The notes: generated by a model not told the origin, from the letters alone. Counted from the stretch's first letter, positions 54,011-63,652 are shown. The stretch: DNA of 64,000 nucleotides from Candidatus Sulfotelmatobacter sp. (GCA_035503455.1 DATJTK010000170.1:65383-129382); one strand, 5' to 3'. Translations and numbers: made by a program.

Positions 54011-54754
54011 GTGGAAATGGCGAATCCACTAAAATCTTTTGTTGCGCGACAGAGGCACCTTGGTATCGAACGATGCAATTCCTGGATTGGAAATAGGGTC
54101 GTTGAATTGAATCCAGACAGCCTGGTGGACATCGGCTGCGGTAACGGGGAACTATTGTTCCGATATCTTAAGAAGATTCCGAAAGAATTCTACGGAGTTG
54201 AAGGGGCTCCTCCACTGAGAGAACAGGCCGAAAAGCGTGGAATAAAGGTATTTGATTATGATTTGAATGGCCGTTGGCCTTTTGAAGACCGTAAATTCGA
54301 TGTAGTGTTTAGTTCACAAGTGATTGAACACTTGCACAACACGCGGTTGTTTGTTCAGGAAGCTTACCGTGTTCTCAAGCCTGGAGGAAGGGCCATTATC
54401 GCGTCTGAAAACCTTTGCAGCTTATTGAATTGCATTGCGTTATGCCTGGGATATACACCATTTTCGCTGATGCAGGTTTGCGGTCGATTCCTTGGCAACC
54501 CGTTGGGATTGCATTATAACGAACCTATCCAGGAACCTTTGCCAATTGACCACCCGGCGTTTGCGGGGGTTTCCGGACATATTCGAGTGCTGACAGTGCG
54601 CCAGGCTGCCGAGATTTTTGCCATGGAAGGCTTTCAAGCCAATGCCTGGTCCATTGGCATTCTGCCTTTTCCAGACGCGGTTAGTCGTGCATTGGAAAAG
54701 CTTATTCGCAATCGGGGTCACTATCTGATCGTTGAAGCGGTAAAACCAGTTTGA
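54011..54754 (+). CDS. Class I SAM-dependent methyltransferase
   Basis: Motif I LVDIGCGNGELL, post-I YGVEG, FDVVFSSQVIEHL, LKPGGRAIIA. The start could be GTG 54011 or ATG 54017. Confidence 0.8.
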   Translation: MEMANPLKSFVARQRHLGIERCNSWIGNRVVELNPDSLVDIGCGNGELLFRYLKKIPKEFYGVEGAPPLREQAEKRGIKVFDYDLNGRWPFEDRKFDVVFSSQVIEHLHNTRLFVQEAYRVLKPGGRAIIASENLCSLLNCIALCLGYTPFSLMQVCGRFLGNPLGLHYNEPIQEPLPIDHPAFAGVSGHIRVLTVRQAAEIFAMEGFQANAWSIGILPFPDAVSRALEKLIRNRGHYLIVEAVKPV

Positions 54755-54836
54755 ATGTTGCCGCGATGACAGCCTGCCTGCGCCGCCGGTCGCATTTCCC
54801 ATTTTTCTTTTTCTGTTTTCATTTTACATTGGTCCC

Positions 54837-56051
54837 GTGAGTTTTGTCGCTGAATTCAATTCATTATCGCCGGAAAATTTTGTCCGCCGCTCGCTCGCCG
54901 CGACCCCGGCCGATGTTCGCAACAGCTTGTTAAAGGCCAAATTATCGCTGGACGAATTTGCTTCCCTCATTTCCCCTGCAGCCTCCGGCTTTTTGGGCGA
55001 GCTTTCCAGCCGCTCCCGCAAATTGACGCTCCAGCGGTTCGGCAAAGTCGTGCGTCTGTTCGCGCCACTCTACGTTTCCAATGAGTGCATCAATAATTGT
55101 TCCTATTGCGGTTTTTCCCGCGATAATCCGATCCTGCGCGTGACGCTATCCGTTGAGGAAGTGGTGCGCGAGGCTAGCGCCTTGCGTGAGCAAGGCTTTC
55201 GAAACATCCTTCTCGTGGCGGGCGAGCATCCGAAGTTCGTTTCAAATCATTATTTGCGCGATTGCGTGGCTGCGTTGCACGAGGAAGTCCCGTCCGTTTC
55301 ATTGGAAGTCGGTCCGATGGAAACCGAAGAGTATCGACCGCTTGTGACCGCCGGCGCGGATGGCCTGGTTGTCTATCAGGAAACCTATGATCACAACGTC
55401 TATTCCGAGGTCCATACTGCAGGACCCAAGAAAGACTTTGATTGGCGCCTGGAAACGCCTGAACGCGCCTATGCGGCTGGTTTTCGGCGGCTCGGCATCA
55501 GCGCGCTGTATGGCCTGGCCGATTGGCGCTATGAGGCGATTTGCGTCGCCGCTCACGCCGGCTATCTATTGCGTCACTGCTGGAAGGCGCAACTCACCAT
55601 TTCGTTGCCGCGTTTGCGGCCCTGTGCAGGCGAATTTCAGCCTCTGACGCGCATGACCGACCGCGACCTGGCGCAGCTCGTATGCGCGTTCCGGCTCATG
55701 TTTCCGGACGTGGGTCTGGTTCTGTCCACTCGCGAACCAGCCCGGTTGCGCGATGGCCTGATTCCACTGGGCGTTACGCTCATGAGCGCCGGCAGCCATA
55801 CCGAGCCGGGCGGTTATACCGGCGCGGGCCGCGAAAAACTGCATCAAACCGTGCGCGGAAGAATGGTCGGGCTTGCGCCCGCGCCGGGTATCAACGGCGA
55901 GGGCGCCAGCGAATGGGCCAATGGAAACCGTCAGGCAACGGGTCAATTTGAAGTTTCAGACGACCGTTCTCCGCAGGAAATCGCCAGTCTCCTTCAAAAG
56001 CTCGGCTATGAACCGGTTTGGAAAGACTGGGACGCCGCGCTCGCTTCGTAA
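54837..56051 (+). CDS. thiH: Radical-SAM 2-iminoacetate synthase (ThiH-like)
   Basis: CINNCSYCGF (CxxxCxxC) cluster motif, BioB/ThiH-type C-terminal domain, thiS nearby. GTG start. Confidence 0.75.
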   Translation: MSFVAEFNSLSPENFVRRSLAATPADVRNSLLKAKLSLDEFASLISPAASGFLGELSSRSRKLTLQRFGKVVRLFAPLYVSNECINNCSYCGFSRDNPILRVTLSVEEVVREASALREQGFRNILLVAGEHPKFVSNHYLRDCVAALHEEVPSVSLEVGPMETEEYRPLVTAGADGLVVYQETYDHNVYSEVHTAGPKKDFDWRLETPERAYAAGFRRLGISALYGLADWRYEAICVAAHAGYLLRHCWKAQLTISLPRLRPCAGEFQPLTRMTDRDLAQLVCAFRLMFPDVGLVLSTREPARLRDGLIPLGVTLMSAGSHTEPGGYTGAGREKLHQTVRGRMVGLAPAPGINGEGASEWANGNRQATGQFEVSDDRSPQEIASLLQKLGYEPVWKDWDAALAS

Positions 56052-56178
56052 TTACAGATCATCGGTCTCATTCTGCGGGCAAATCAGTTCGCCCGCCTGG
56101 CCGGAATAGGCGGGATTGGCTGTTGGGGGCGGGATTGGCTTGACAAATCATCATAACTCCGCACAAATGTTATGGTAA

Positions 56179-57015
56179 TTGGTCAATATGAAAACCCTCG
56201 AGACCTGGAAGAGAAGAGTCATAAAGGGTTTTACTTTAATCGAATTGCTCGTCGTCATTGCCATCATCGCCATCCTGGCAGCGATACTTTTGCCGGTCAT
56301 TTCAAAGTCAGAGGAACAAGCGCGTACCATCCAATGCATCAATAACATGAAACAATTGGCGTTGGCATGGATCACCTACGCCAATGACAATAACGATTTT
56401 CTGCCTCATAATTGGGCCCTCGGGAACAACCCGCCGCTCTCCTGGTGCTCCGGGAATGTCAATGTGCAATTCACTCCCGGGGACATTTTCGACATTACCA
56501 ACGGCACTCTTTTTCCATACGTTCTGGATATCCCGGTTTACCATTGTCCGGACGCGCAATTGAAGAATGGCCAGGTTGAAATACGGACCGTTTCAATGAT
56601 TGACCGTATGGCCGGAGCGGACGCCACCGATGCCGCTCAATATGGGGTATGGGATTCCGCCAATTCCGATTTCTCAAGCGATTTGGAAACCGAATTCCCC
56701 ATGTTCAAAAGGATGAACCGGATTAAGAGTCCGTCCCCAGCCGAAGCCATCGTCTTTGACGACGAAAGCCAGCTTACTATTGACGATGAAGTCCTGGGAA
56801 TGGATTGGAACGATTGGAAGAATGCCGTTTCGGCCCGGCACAACAAAGGCTGTGTTTTCTCGTTCGCGGACGGACACGCCGAGCGCTGGCAATGGCTGGG
56901 TTTGAGCACAGATGTAGGTGCCGGCTATGCGCCCGCTATGTCTGATACAGGGGGTTGGCACGATTTACGCAGAGTTGAGGCGGCTATTGTGGCAACGAAT
57001 CTGCCTCCAAATTGA
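56179..57015 (+). CDS. Prepilin-type N-terminal cleavage/methylation domain protein (pseudopilin, DUF1559/H-X9-DG-like)
   Basis: [24 protein letters not shown] class-III signal. C-terminal ...FADGHAERW as in PVC-group 'H-X9-DG' proteins. Confidence 0.85.
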   Translation: MVNMKTLETWKRRVIKGFTLIELLVVIAIIAILAAILLPVISKSEEQARTIQCINNMKQLALAWITYANDNNDFLPHNWALGNNPPLSWCSGNVNVQFTPGDIFDITNGTLFPYVLDIPVYHCPDAQLKNGQVEIRTVSMIDRMAGADATDAAQYGVWDSANSDFSSDLETEFPMFKRMNRIKSPSPAEAIVFDDESQLTIDDEVLGMDWNDWKNAVSARHNKGCVFSFADGHAERWQWLGLSTDVGAGYAPAMSDTGGWHDLRRVEAAIVATNLPPN

Positions 57016-57040
57016 ATCCGCGATTTGGTAATCTCTTCTC

Positions 57041-57250
57041 GTGAACTCCGATTCTGTAATCGCCAACGGGAAGCCCGTCGCAGCCGCTCTTCCCTGTTCC
57101 ATCGAGGAATTTTTGCTGGCCCAAAAATTATTGCCCCGCAGTGTCGTGGTCGAGCACAACGGCGACGCCGTCGCGCCGTCGGAATTTTCCTCGCGCCGGC
57201 TAAATGCGGGCGACAAATTGGAAATTGTAAAAATCGTCGCCGGTGGCTGA
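57041..57250 (+). CDS. thiS: Sulfur-carrier protein ThiS
   Basis: 69 aa, beta-grasp pattern ..ANGKPV....VVEHNGDAV......L..GDKLEIVKIVAGG, ending in Gly-Gly. GTG start. Confidence 0.75.
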   Translation: MNSDSVIANGKPVAAALPCSIEEFLLAQKLLPRSVVVEHNGDAVAPSEFSSRRLNAGDKLEIVKIVAGG

Positions 57251-57348
57251 ATCCAGGATTGAAGATGGAGGATAGAGGATGGCCACATCTGCCATCTCCC
57301 AATTTGGAAGTTTCATCCGTGGCGAAATTGCATTAAACTCAACCGATT

Positions 57349-57771
57349 ATGGACTGGCTGTCCCATTTTGTTTGGCACGACGTCATTTGGCACAATGGCA
57401 AATTCTTCGGCGTTGACTGGAGCGTTTGGAAAGTCATTGGCTGGATGGGTAACGCTACGTTCTCGTGCCGGTTCATTGTTCAATGGGTTGCCACGGAAAA
57501 GCATAAGAAGGTGGTTATCCCGGCGCTTTTCTGGTGGTTAAGCCTGATCGGCACTCTCCTGCTCCTGATTTATGCGTTCCACAAGGCCGATTCGGTTTAC
57601 ATCTATTCCTTCCTGTTCCCGTGGATCCCCTATACACGAAATTTAATCATTCACTATCGCCACCAAAAGGAGCATTTGGATTGCGGTCAATGCGGGCAAA
57701 AAGCCCCGCCTCAATCGAACTTCTGCCCGAATTGCGGCGCAAAACTGGAGGCTATGGCCCCGGTGCCATAG
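57349..57771 (+). CDS. Lipid-A-disaccharide synthase N-terminal (LAB_N) domain membrane protein fused to a zinc ribbon
   Basis: WKVIGWMGNATFSCRFIVQWVATEKHKKVVIPALFWWLSLIGTLLLLIYA matches the LAB_N pattern. C-terminal CGQCGQK...FCPNCGAKL. Confidence 0.7.
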   Translation: MDWLSHFVWHDVIWHNGKFFGVDWSVWKVIGWMGNATFSCRFIVQWVATEKHKKVVIPALFWWLSLIGTLLLLIYAFHKADSVYIYSFLFPWIPYTRNLIIHYRHQKEHLDCGQCGQKAPPQSNFCPNCGAKLEAMAPVP

Positions 57772-58090
57772 GAGCGTTCGGGTTTGGCATGAGTCCGTAT
57801 TTGATCAAGATCGGACGAAAGGAAGGGTGCGTCGTCCCATATTCAACCAATTGCTTCTCAAAGCTTTGGATCATCGTCGCGTTGTTTCGATATTGTTCAA
57901 TCAATTGCAGAGCCGATGGACGCATGGCGGCATATTCCTGGCTCTGGATGTGGCCCTGGTAATAAAAGTAAAATACGATGGTTGCCGTTACGACGACGAG
58001 CGATACCAATAACAAAAACACCTGGCGCTGCAATGCCGCAACCTGCTGCGCTAAATCGGAACCGCTCGTGGAAGATATGGGGTCGTTCAT
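57752..58090 (-). CDS. Hypothetical single-pass membrane protein
   Basis: TM segment VFLLLVSLVVVTATIVFYFYY. Tail ...YGTTHPSFRPILIKYG loosely parallels the neighbouring small ORF. Confidence 0.5.
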   Translation of the reverse strand: MNDPISSTSGSDLAQQVAALQRQVFLLLVSLVVVTATIVFYFYYQGHIQSQEYAAMRPSALQLIEQYRNNATMIQSFEKQLVEYGTTHPSFRPILIKYGLMPNPNAPMAPGP

Positions 58091-58096
58091 ATGTCC

Positions 58097-58357
58097 TTAA
58101 CGGCTGGTGGATTTGGGTTTCTGCACCATTTGAAGAATGCGTTCCAACTCAGGGCTGGGATATTTCTTATCGTACGCCTGCGCTTCACCGAAAACAGCCT
58201 CCGCGCGCGCCAAATTTATTTTGCTGTTGTTCGCTGTCGCCACTAACGCGCGGGTGTCGTGCGTCACAAACCACAGTTTCATAACAAAAACGACGCCGAG
58301 GATCACAAGGACCCCCAAAATAAAGGTCAAAATGCCATTCAATGTTTCAAATTTCAT
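58097..58357 (-). CDS. Hypothetical single-pass membrane protein (86 aa)
   Basis: MKFETLNGILTFILGVLVILGVVFVMKLW. Internal ATG 58357 preferred; the ORF-track extension to 58570 overlaps infA. Confidence 0.5.
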   Translation of the reverse strand: MKFETLNGILTFILGVLVILGVVFVMKLWFVTHDTRALVATANNSKINLARAEAVFGEAQAYDKKYPSPELERILQMVQKPKSTSR

Positions 58358-58465
58358 GGTGGGCGGCAATGTATCGAAAACACGCGGATTGTCCACTGGT
58401 TTTTTTCCTCGAAATGAATTGATTTTCCGGCCCGCTACCGCAACATTTAGAGGCTCAATTATTTT

Positions 58466-58684
58466 GTGCCTAAAGAAGAGCCAATCGAATTGACCGGAAA
58501 CGTCACGCAAGTGCTGCCCGGCACCATGTTTCGGGTGGCCTTGTCCAATGGACATGAAGTCCTCGCCCACATCTCCGGCAAAATGCGCAAAAATTTCATC
58601 CGCATTTCCGTCGGCGACAAGGTGAACGTTGAAATGTCTCCTTACGACTTAAACAAGGCGCGCATCATTTACCGCCATCCCTGA
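58466..58684 (+). CDS. infA: Translation initiation factor IF-1
   Basis: [68 protein letters not shown]; GTG start. Confidence 0.95.
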   Translation: MPKEEPIELTGNVTQVLPGTMFRVALSNGHEVLAHISGKMRKNFIRISVGDKVNVEMSPYDLNKARIIYRHP

Positions 58685-58766
58685 GCGCCGCGCGCCGCGT
58701 TACTGCCTGTAACAATCTTGCATGGAAATGTTTAACCCGACTCTCAAATCATAACATTATCGTCCT

Positions 58767-60161
58767 ATGCGAATCCATTTTTTGGGCGCGACGCGCACGA
58801 CCACCGGGTCCATGTATTTGTTCGAGGTCAACGGCAAAAAGTTGCTGCTCGAATGCGGCCTGTTTCAGGGCCATCGCGAAGAGGAAACGGCCCGCAATTC
58901 TACTTTCCCGTTTGACCCCAAACAAATTGACGCCGTTGTCCTGAGCCACGCCCACATGGACCACGCCGGCAATCTCCCGAACCTCCGCAGGCAGGGCTAT
59001 ACGGGCAACATTTACTGCACCTTCGCCACTCGCGACCTTGCCAGTATTATGCTTGTGGACTCGGCGCGGATCCAGGTGGACGACGCGGCGTTTGTCTCCA
59101 AACAACGCGCCAAACAACATCTCCCGCCCGTCGAGCCGCTCTATGCCGTCGCGGACGCGGAACATGTTCTGGAACAGTTTCTCTCCGTCAATTACGAGCG
59201 CCCGATCCAGGTTGTGGACGGCGTGACTGTGACGTTTCGGGATGCCGGACATATTCTCGGCTCGGCCCAGGTCATCCTGGACATTTCCGAAAATGGGAAA
59301 AAATTTCGCTGGCTGTTCAGCGGAGACGTTGGCCGAGGCAATGATGATATCCTGCGCGACCCTGCGCCGACAGATAGAGCGGATTATCTGCAAATTGAAT
59401 CCACCTACGGCGGACGCGAGCACGCCGCGCGCGACAATGCTGACGAAACCGTGTGCCGCCTGGTTTCCGAAACACTCAATCAAAAGGGCAAAGTCATCAT
59501 TCCCGCCTTCTCGGTTGGACGCACGCAACAAATTGTTTACGTGCTGCACCAGCTCGCTTTAGCGGGCAAACTGCCGCGCGCGCCAATCTTTGTGGACAGC
59601 CCCCTCAGCGTCAATGCCACGGAAGTTTACCGGCTGCACCCGGAATGTTTTAACGACTCCGTGAACAAATTCTTGCACGAAAAAGAAAATCCGTTCGGCA
59701 TGGCGAACCTGACCTATATCCGGGACGCCGAGCAATCCAAAAAGCTGAACAGCCTCAAAGAACCGGCCATTATTATCAGCGCCTCCGGCATGTGCGAAGC
59801 CGGGCGCATCCGGCACCATTTGAAGAATCACATTGGCTACGCCAACAACTTGATCCTCTTTATCGGCTACTGCGCCGAAAACACCCTGGGCGCCCAGATT
59901 CTGGCCGGCAAAAATCCCGTGAATATTTTCGGCGAACCCAATCAGGTCCGCGCAAAAATCGCCTCGATTGATTCCTACTCCGGACACGCTGACAAAAACG
60001 AGTTAAAACACTATGTGGAGCGCATTTCCGGAAACCTGAAAAAAATTGTCTGCATCCACGGCGAAGAGTCCCAATGCCTCGCCCACGCCGAAACCCTCCG
60101 CGCCATGAAACCAAATGCCGAAGTCCTTGTGCCCCATTACAAGGATGTTTTGGAAGTTTGA
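58767..60161 (+). CDS. MBL-fold beta-CASP family ribonuclease/hydrolase
   Basis: VVLSHAHMDHAGNLP (HxHxDH), beta-CASP segment, C-terminal ...SYSGHADKNEL...VCIHGE. Confidence 0.85.
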   Translation: MRIHFLGATRTTTGSMYLFEVNGKKLLLECGLFQGHREEETARNSTFPFDPKQIDAVVLSHAHMDHAGNLPNLRRQGYTGNIYCTFATRDLASIMLVDSARIQVDDAAFVSKQRAKQHLPPVEPLYAVADAEHVLEQFLSVNYERPIQVVDGVTVTFRDAGHILGSAQVILDISENGKKFRWLFSGDVGRGNDDILRDPAPTDRADYLQIESTYGGREHAARDNADETVCRLVSETLNQKGKVIIPAFSVGRTQQIVYVLHQLALAGKLPRAPIFVDSPLSVNATEVYRLHPECFNDSVNKFLHEKENPFGMANLTYIRDAEQSKKLNSLKEPAIIISASGMCEAGRIRHHLKNHIGYANNLILFIGYCAENTLGAQILAGKNPVNIFGEPNQVRAKIASIDSYSGHADKNELKHYVERISGNLKKIVCIHGEESQCLAHAETLRAMKPNAEVLVPHYKDVLEV

Positions 60162-60171
60162 AGGTAAAGGT

Positions 60172-60247
60172 TGGTGGGCCCGCTCGGACTTGAACCGAGA
60201 ACCAAAGGATTATGAGTCCTCTGCTCTAACCATTGAGCTACAGGCCC
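60172..60247 (-). tRNA. tRNA with CAU anticodon, most like tRNA-Ile2 (lysidine) rather than initiator
   Basis: Reverse complement is GGGCCTGTAGCTCAATGGTTAGAGCAGAGGACTCATAATCCTTTGGTTCTCGGTTCAAGTCCGAGCGGGCCCACCA. G1:C72 is paired and the anticodon stem lacks the GGG/CCC run, so it is not an initiator. Overall close to E. coli ileX, including C4:G69 and C5:G68. Confidence 0.85.
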
Positions 60248-60766
60248 GGAAAACTCCCGCATCATGATTGCGGAAACGGAGAAGAAACGCAATTTCATTC
60301 ACGCTTGGTGTCCACCCTTTAGGGTGTTCGTTTGGCCTCCACTGTGGAAAATGCGCGGTACAACTTCCGACCACTCGGTTTGCGTCACTAAACGCGGCGG
60401 CCCTGTCGAGAGCCGTTTTCGGCCCTGCCCGCGTCCGCTTAAAAATTTAATTCTTTTTTCGTCAAAAGTCATCTGGCAATGGTCTAAAAATTATGGAGAC
60501 GGTGAGGTGTGAGGGTAAGGGCACGCCGCACCGGCCAACTCAAATCTATTTGGCGGCGTCACGCGGTTTGCCAAAACGCGTGCCGGCATTGTCGCTGGAC
60601 CAGGTCAAAGGCAGCCTGACTTGACCTTCCATGCGCCCACGCCCCGGTTAATCAACACGCCGCCAAGGTTTATTAGCGGTTTCACCGTTATGCGCGACAA
60701 ATTTTTTTTTATTCAATGCTTGACGATTCTCCCCCTATCGCTTACAGACAATGCACGACAATTTAT

Positions 60767-61009
60767 ATGGCTGATAAACCAATTGACATACGTGTGCGGG
60801 ACATCATCGTCGAACAACTCGGCGTGAAGCCCGATCAAGTGACGCCCGAGGCCAAGTTCATCGAAGATCTGGGCGCCGATTCGCTCGATACGGTCGAGCT
60901 CATTATGGCCCTGGAAGAGGAGTTTGGAATCGAGGTTCCAGATGAACAGGCCGAAAAACTGCTCACTGTGGGCGACGTGGTCAAATACATCGAGGAACAT
61001 CAAAAATAG
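60767..61009 (+). CDS. acpP: Acyl carrier protein
   Basis: [20 protein letters not shown] phosphopantetheine-Ser motif. ATG 60767 preferred inside ORF 60716..61009. Confidence 0.95.
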   Translation: MADKPIDIRVRDIIVEQLGVKPDQVTPEAKFIEDLGADSLDTVELIMALEEEFGIEVPDEQAEKLLTVGDVVKYIEEHQK

Positions 61010-61070
61010 TTGCGGCTTTTCCCGCTTCCGGGCAGTTTGATAGCCTAAGCTCAAACTGCCCTTTTTATTT

Positions 61071-62327
61071 ATGGCACTGAATTCAACCGACCGGCGGGTT
61101 GCCGTCACCGGCCTGGGCGTTGTTTCGCCCCTTGGCAATGACGTCCAAACCTTCTGGAAAAACCTCGTTTCCGGCAAATGCGGCATTGAGAAGATCACTT
61201 CCTTCGATGCTACGGCGTACGACACAAAAATCGCCGGCGAAGTGAGGGATTTTGACCCTATACCGGCCTTCCCATCGCCCAAAGAAGTGCGGCGGGCCGA
61301 CCGTTTTTCCCAATTTGCCGTTCATGCGGCGTGGCAGGCGCTCAAGGATTCGGGGCTGGACCTTCAAAAAGAAAATGGAGATGAGATCGGCGTTATTATT
61401 GGCTCAGGCATTGGCGGGCTTGAGACGACAGCCGAGCAGCATCAGGTGCTGCTCAACCGCGGTCCGGGCCGGTTATCACCGTTCATGATCCCGATGCTCA
61501 TCTCGAACATCGCGTCAGGGCTGGTTTCGATGTTTTTCAATCTGCGGGGCCCGAATTTCGCGACCTGCTCGGCGTGCGCCACGGCCAATCACGCGATTGG
61601 CGAGGCCTGGCGGGCTGTAAAAATGGGTGATGCCCAGGTGATGGTCGCAGGCGGCGCCGAGGCCACCGTCGTGCCCATTGGCATCGGCGGTTTTTGCGCG
61701 ATGAAAGCCATGAGCACCCGCAATGATGATCCGCAACATGCGTCGCGCCCCTTTGACAAGGAGCGCGATGGTTTTGTCATGGGCGAAGGTTCCGGGATTT
61801 TGGTGCTTGAAGAACTGGAACACGCCAAAAAGCGCGGTGCCCGGATTTATTGTGAGATTGTGGGTTATGGCAACACCGCCGACGCCTATCATTTGACCTC
61901 GCCATCGCCGGAGGGCGAGGGCGCCGCGCGTTGCATGAAAATGTCGTTGCGCAATGGCAGTTTGCGGCTTGAGGACGTCAATTATATCAACGCCCACGGC
62001 ACGTCAACGCCGCAGGGGGATGTTTGCGAGACGCAGGCCATTAAGACCGTCTTTGGCGGGCATTCGAAGAAGATTGCCGTGAGCTCGACGAAAGGCGCCA
62101 CGGGGCACATGCTGGGCGCGGCGGGGTCCGTGGAAATGAGTGTCTGCGCGCTGGCCCTGCATCATGGCATTGCCCCGCCGACGATTAATTACCAGGTGCC
62201 CGACCCCGAATGCGATTTGGATTACGTTCCAAACACGGCGCGGGAAATGAAAATCACGGCGGTAATCAACAATTCGTTCGGATTTGGCGGGCACAATGCA
62301 AGCATCGCCGCCAAACGGTTCGAGTGA
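61071..62327 (+). CDS. fabF: 3-oxoacyl-ACP synthase II
   Basis: Active-site Cys in TCSACATANHAIG; His residues in NAHGTSTP and KGATGHMLGAAG. C-terminal NSFGFGGHN. Confidence 0.95.
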   Translation: MALNSTDRRVAVTGLGVVSPLGNDVQTFWKNLVSGKCGIEKITSFDATAYDTKIAGEVRDFDPIPAFPSPKEVRRADRFSQFAVHAAWQALKDSGLDLQKENGDEIGVIIGSGIGGLETTAEQHQVLLNRGPGRLSPFMIPMLISNIASGLVSMFFNLRGPNFATCSACATANHAIGEAWRAVKMGDAQVMVAGGAEATVVPIGIGGFCAMKAMSTRNDDPQHASRPFDKERDGFVMGEGSGILVLEELEHAKKRGARIYCEIVGYGNTADAYHLTSPSPEGEGAARCMKMSLRNGSLRLEDVNYINAHGTSTPQGDVCETQAIKTVFGGHSKKIAVSSTKGATGHMLGAAGSVEMSVCALALHHGIAPPTINYQVPDPECDLDYVPNTAREMKITAVINNSFGFGGHNASIAAKRFE

Positions 62328-62335
62328 TTTTCTGA

Positions 62336-63265
62336 TCACTCGTTTCTCGCGGCGAGAAAGCGCTCGGCATCGATGGCGGCCGCGCAGCCCATTCCCGCAG
62401 CGGTAATTGCCTGTCGATAAACCGGGTCCGAACAATCGCCCGCCACGAATACGCCCGGGACGCTGGTCATCGAACCGTCCTTGCGAATGACGAAACCGTT
62501 GGAATCCATCTCAATCTGATCTTTAAAGACATTTGTATTGGGCGTATGCCCAATGGCGACGAATACCCCGGCGCAATTTAATACCGTCTCAGCGCCCGAT
62601 TTAACATTTTTGAGGCGCACACCGGTGACCGTGCTCTTTTCCACCCCCAGAACTTCCGTCACCACCGAGTCCCAAACCGGCTTGATAGTCTGGTGCGCAT
62701 GAACGCGGTCGGCCATGACTTTGGAGGCCCGCAACGTGTCGCGCCGATGGACCAGGAAAACTTCCGAGCCGAAACGGGTCAGATACAGCGCCTCTTCGCA
62801 CGCCGAGTCGCCACCCCCTACAACCACGAGCGGTTTTTTGCGGAAGATTGGCAGTGCGCCGTCGCAGGTTGCGCAATAGGTCACGCCTTTGGTTTCCAGG
62901 GTGTCTTCGCCGGGAACGCCCAGGTGTTTGTGACTGGCGCCGGTGGCGATAATCACGGTTTCAGCCTGAACGATTTCGCCATCCACAACCAATTCGAAAG
63001 GCGATTTCGAAAGATCAGCTTTTTCCAATGTCCCGTAACTGGTTTTTGCCCCGAATCGCTCCGCCTGCTTTTGCATGCGGGTCATTAATTCGCAGCCATC
63101 GATGCCTTCAGGAAAGCCGGGGAAATTTTCCACGATGCTGGTCGTGGTGAGCAGGCCGCCCGGCTGGCAGCCCATCAGGACCAGCGGTTGCAAATTGGCG
63201 CGCGCCGTGTACAACGCCGCCGTCCAACCCGCGCAACCAGAGCCAATGATAACAACTTTGTGCAT
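62336..63265 (-). CDS. trxB: Thioredoxin-disulfide reductase
   Basis: GSGCAGWTAA FAD motif, redox-active CATCDG, GGGDSACEEA NADPH motif. Confidence 0.95.
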   Translation of the reverse strand: MHKVVIIGSGCAGWTAALYTARANLQPLVLMGCQPGGLLTTTSIVENFPGFPEGIDGCELMTRMQKQAERFGAKTSYGTLEKADLSKSPFELVVDGEIVQAETVIIATGASHKHLGVPGEDTLETKGVTYCATCDGALPIFRKKPLVVVGGGDSACEEALYLTRFGSEVFLVHRRDTLRASKVMADRVHAHQTIKPVWDSVVTEVLGVEKSTVTGVRLKNVKSGAETVLNCAGVFVAIGHTPNTNVFKDQIEMDSNGFVIRKDGSMTSVPGVFVAGDCSDPVYRQAITAAGMGCAAAIDAERFLAARNE

Positions 63266-63311
63266 AAATAAGGACGGGAAGCATGCAGGGTTTAGGCGAC
63301 GGATTCAAGGC

Positions 63312-63453
63312 AACATCGAACATCAAACGCCGAAGATCGAATTCTTGAAACGCGAGCGGTGGCAGCGCCACTTGCCAACGTGGTGCTCGCCTGGCGGACG
63401 GGCACGTCCGCCCTGCCGGGTCCATCGATGCTGGGCGTTCGATTTTCGATGTT
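63312..63453. repeat. Foldback repeat (AACATCGAA-type arms)
   Basis: AACATCGAACATCAAACGCCGAAGATCGA (63312-63340) pairs imperfectly with TCGATGCTGGGCGTTCGATTTTCGATGTT (63425-63453). The centre contains the hairpin GGCGGACG-ggca-CGTCCGCC. Confidence 0.6.
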
Positions 63454-63483
63454 CAAATCCTAAGTCGGGTAGTGGCCTGGTTC

Positions 63484-63571
63484 GGTTTGGTGTCCACCCT
63501 TTAGGGTGCTCCGGGTTCGCCGTCCAGTCTCCAAGCTGCTCCGGAGCACGCTAAAGCGCGTACACCAAACC
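63484..63571. repeat. Foldback repeat (GGTGTCCACCCTTTAGGGTG-type arms)
   Basis: GGTTTGGTGTCCACCCTTTAGGGTGCTCCGG (63484-63514) pairs with CCGGAGCACGCTAAAGCGCGTACACCAAACC (63541-63571). A solo copy of the unit lies at 60305-60326. Confidence 0.65.
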
Positions 63572-63652
63572 AATTTAAGACACTATCCAAAGTCGCGTTA
63601 TTTTGCTTTTTCCCCTCCGCCTGTGTATCCTTATTTGAACCTAAAAGAGCAA

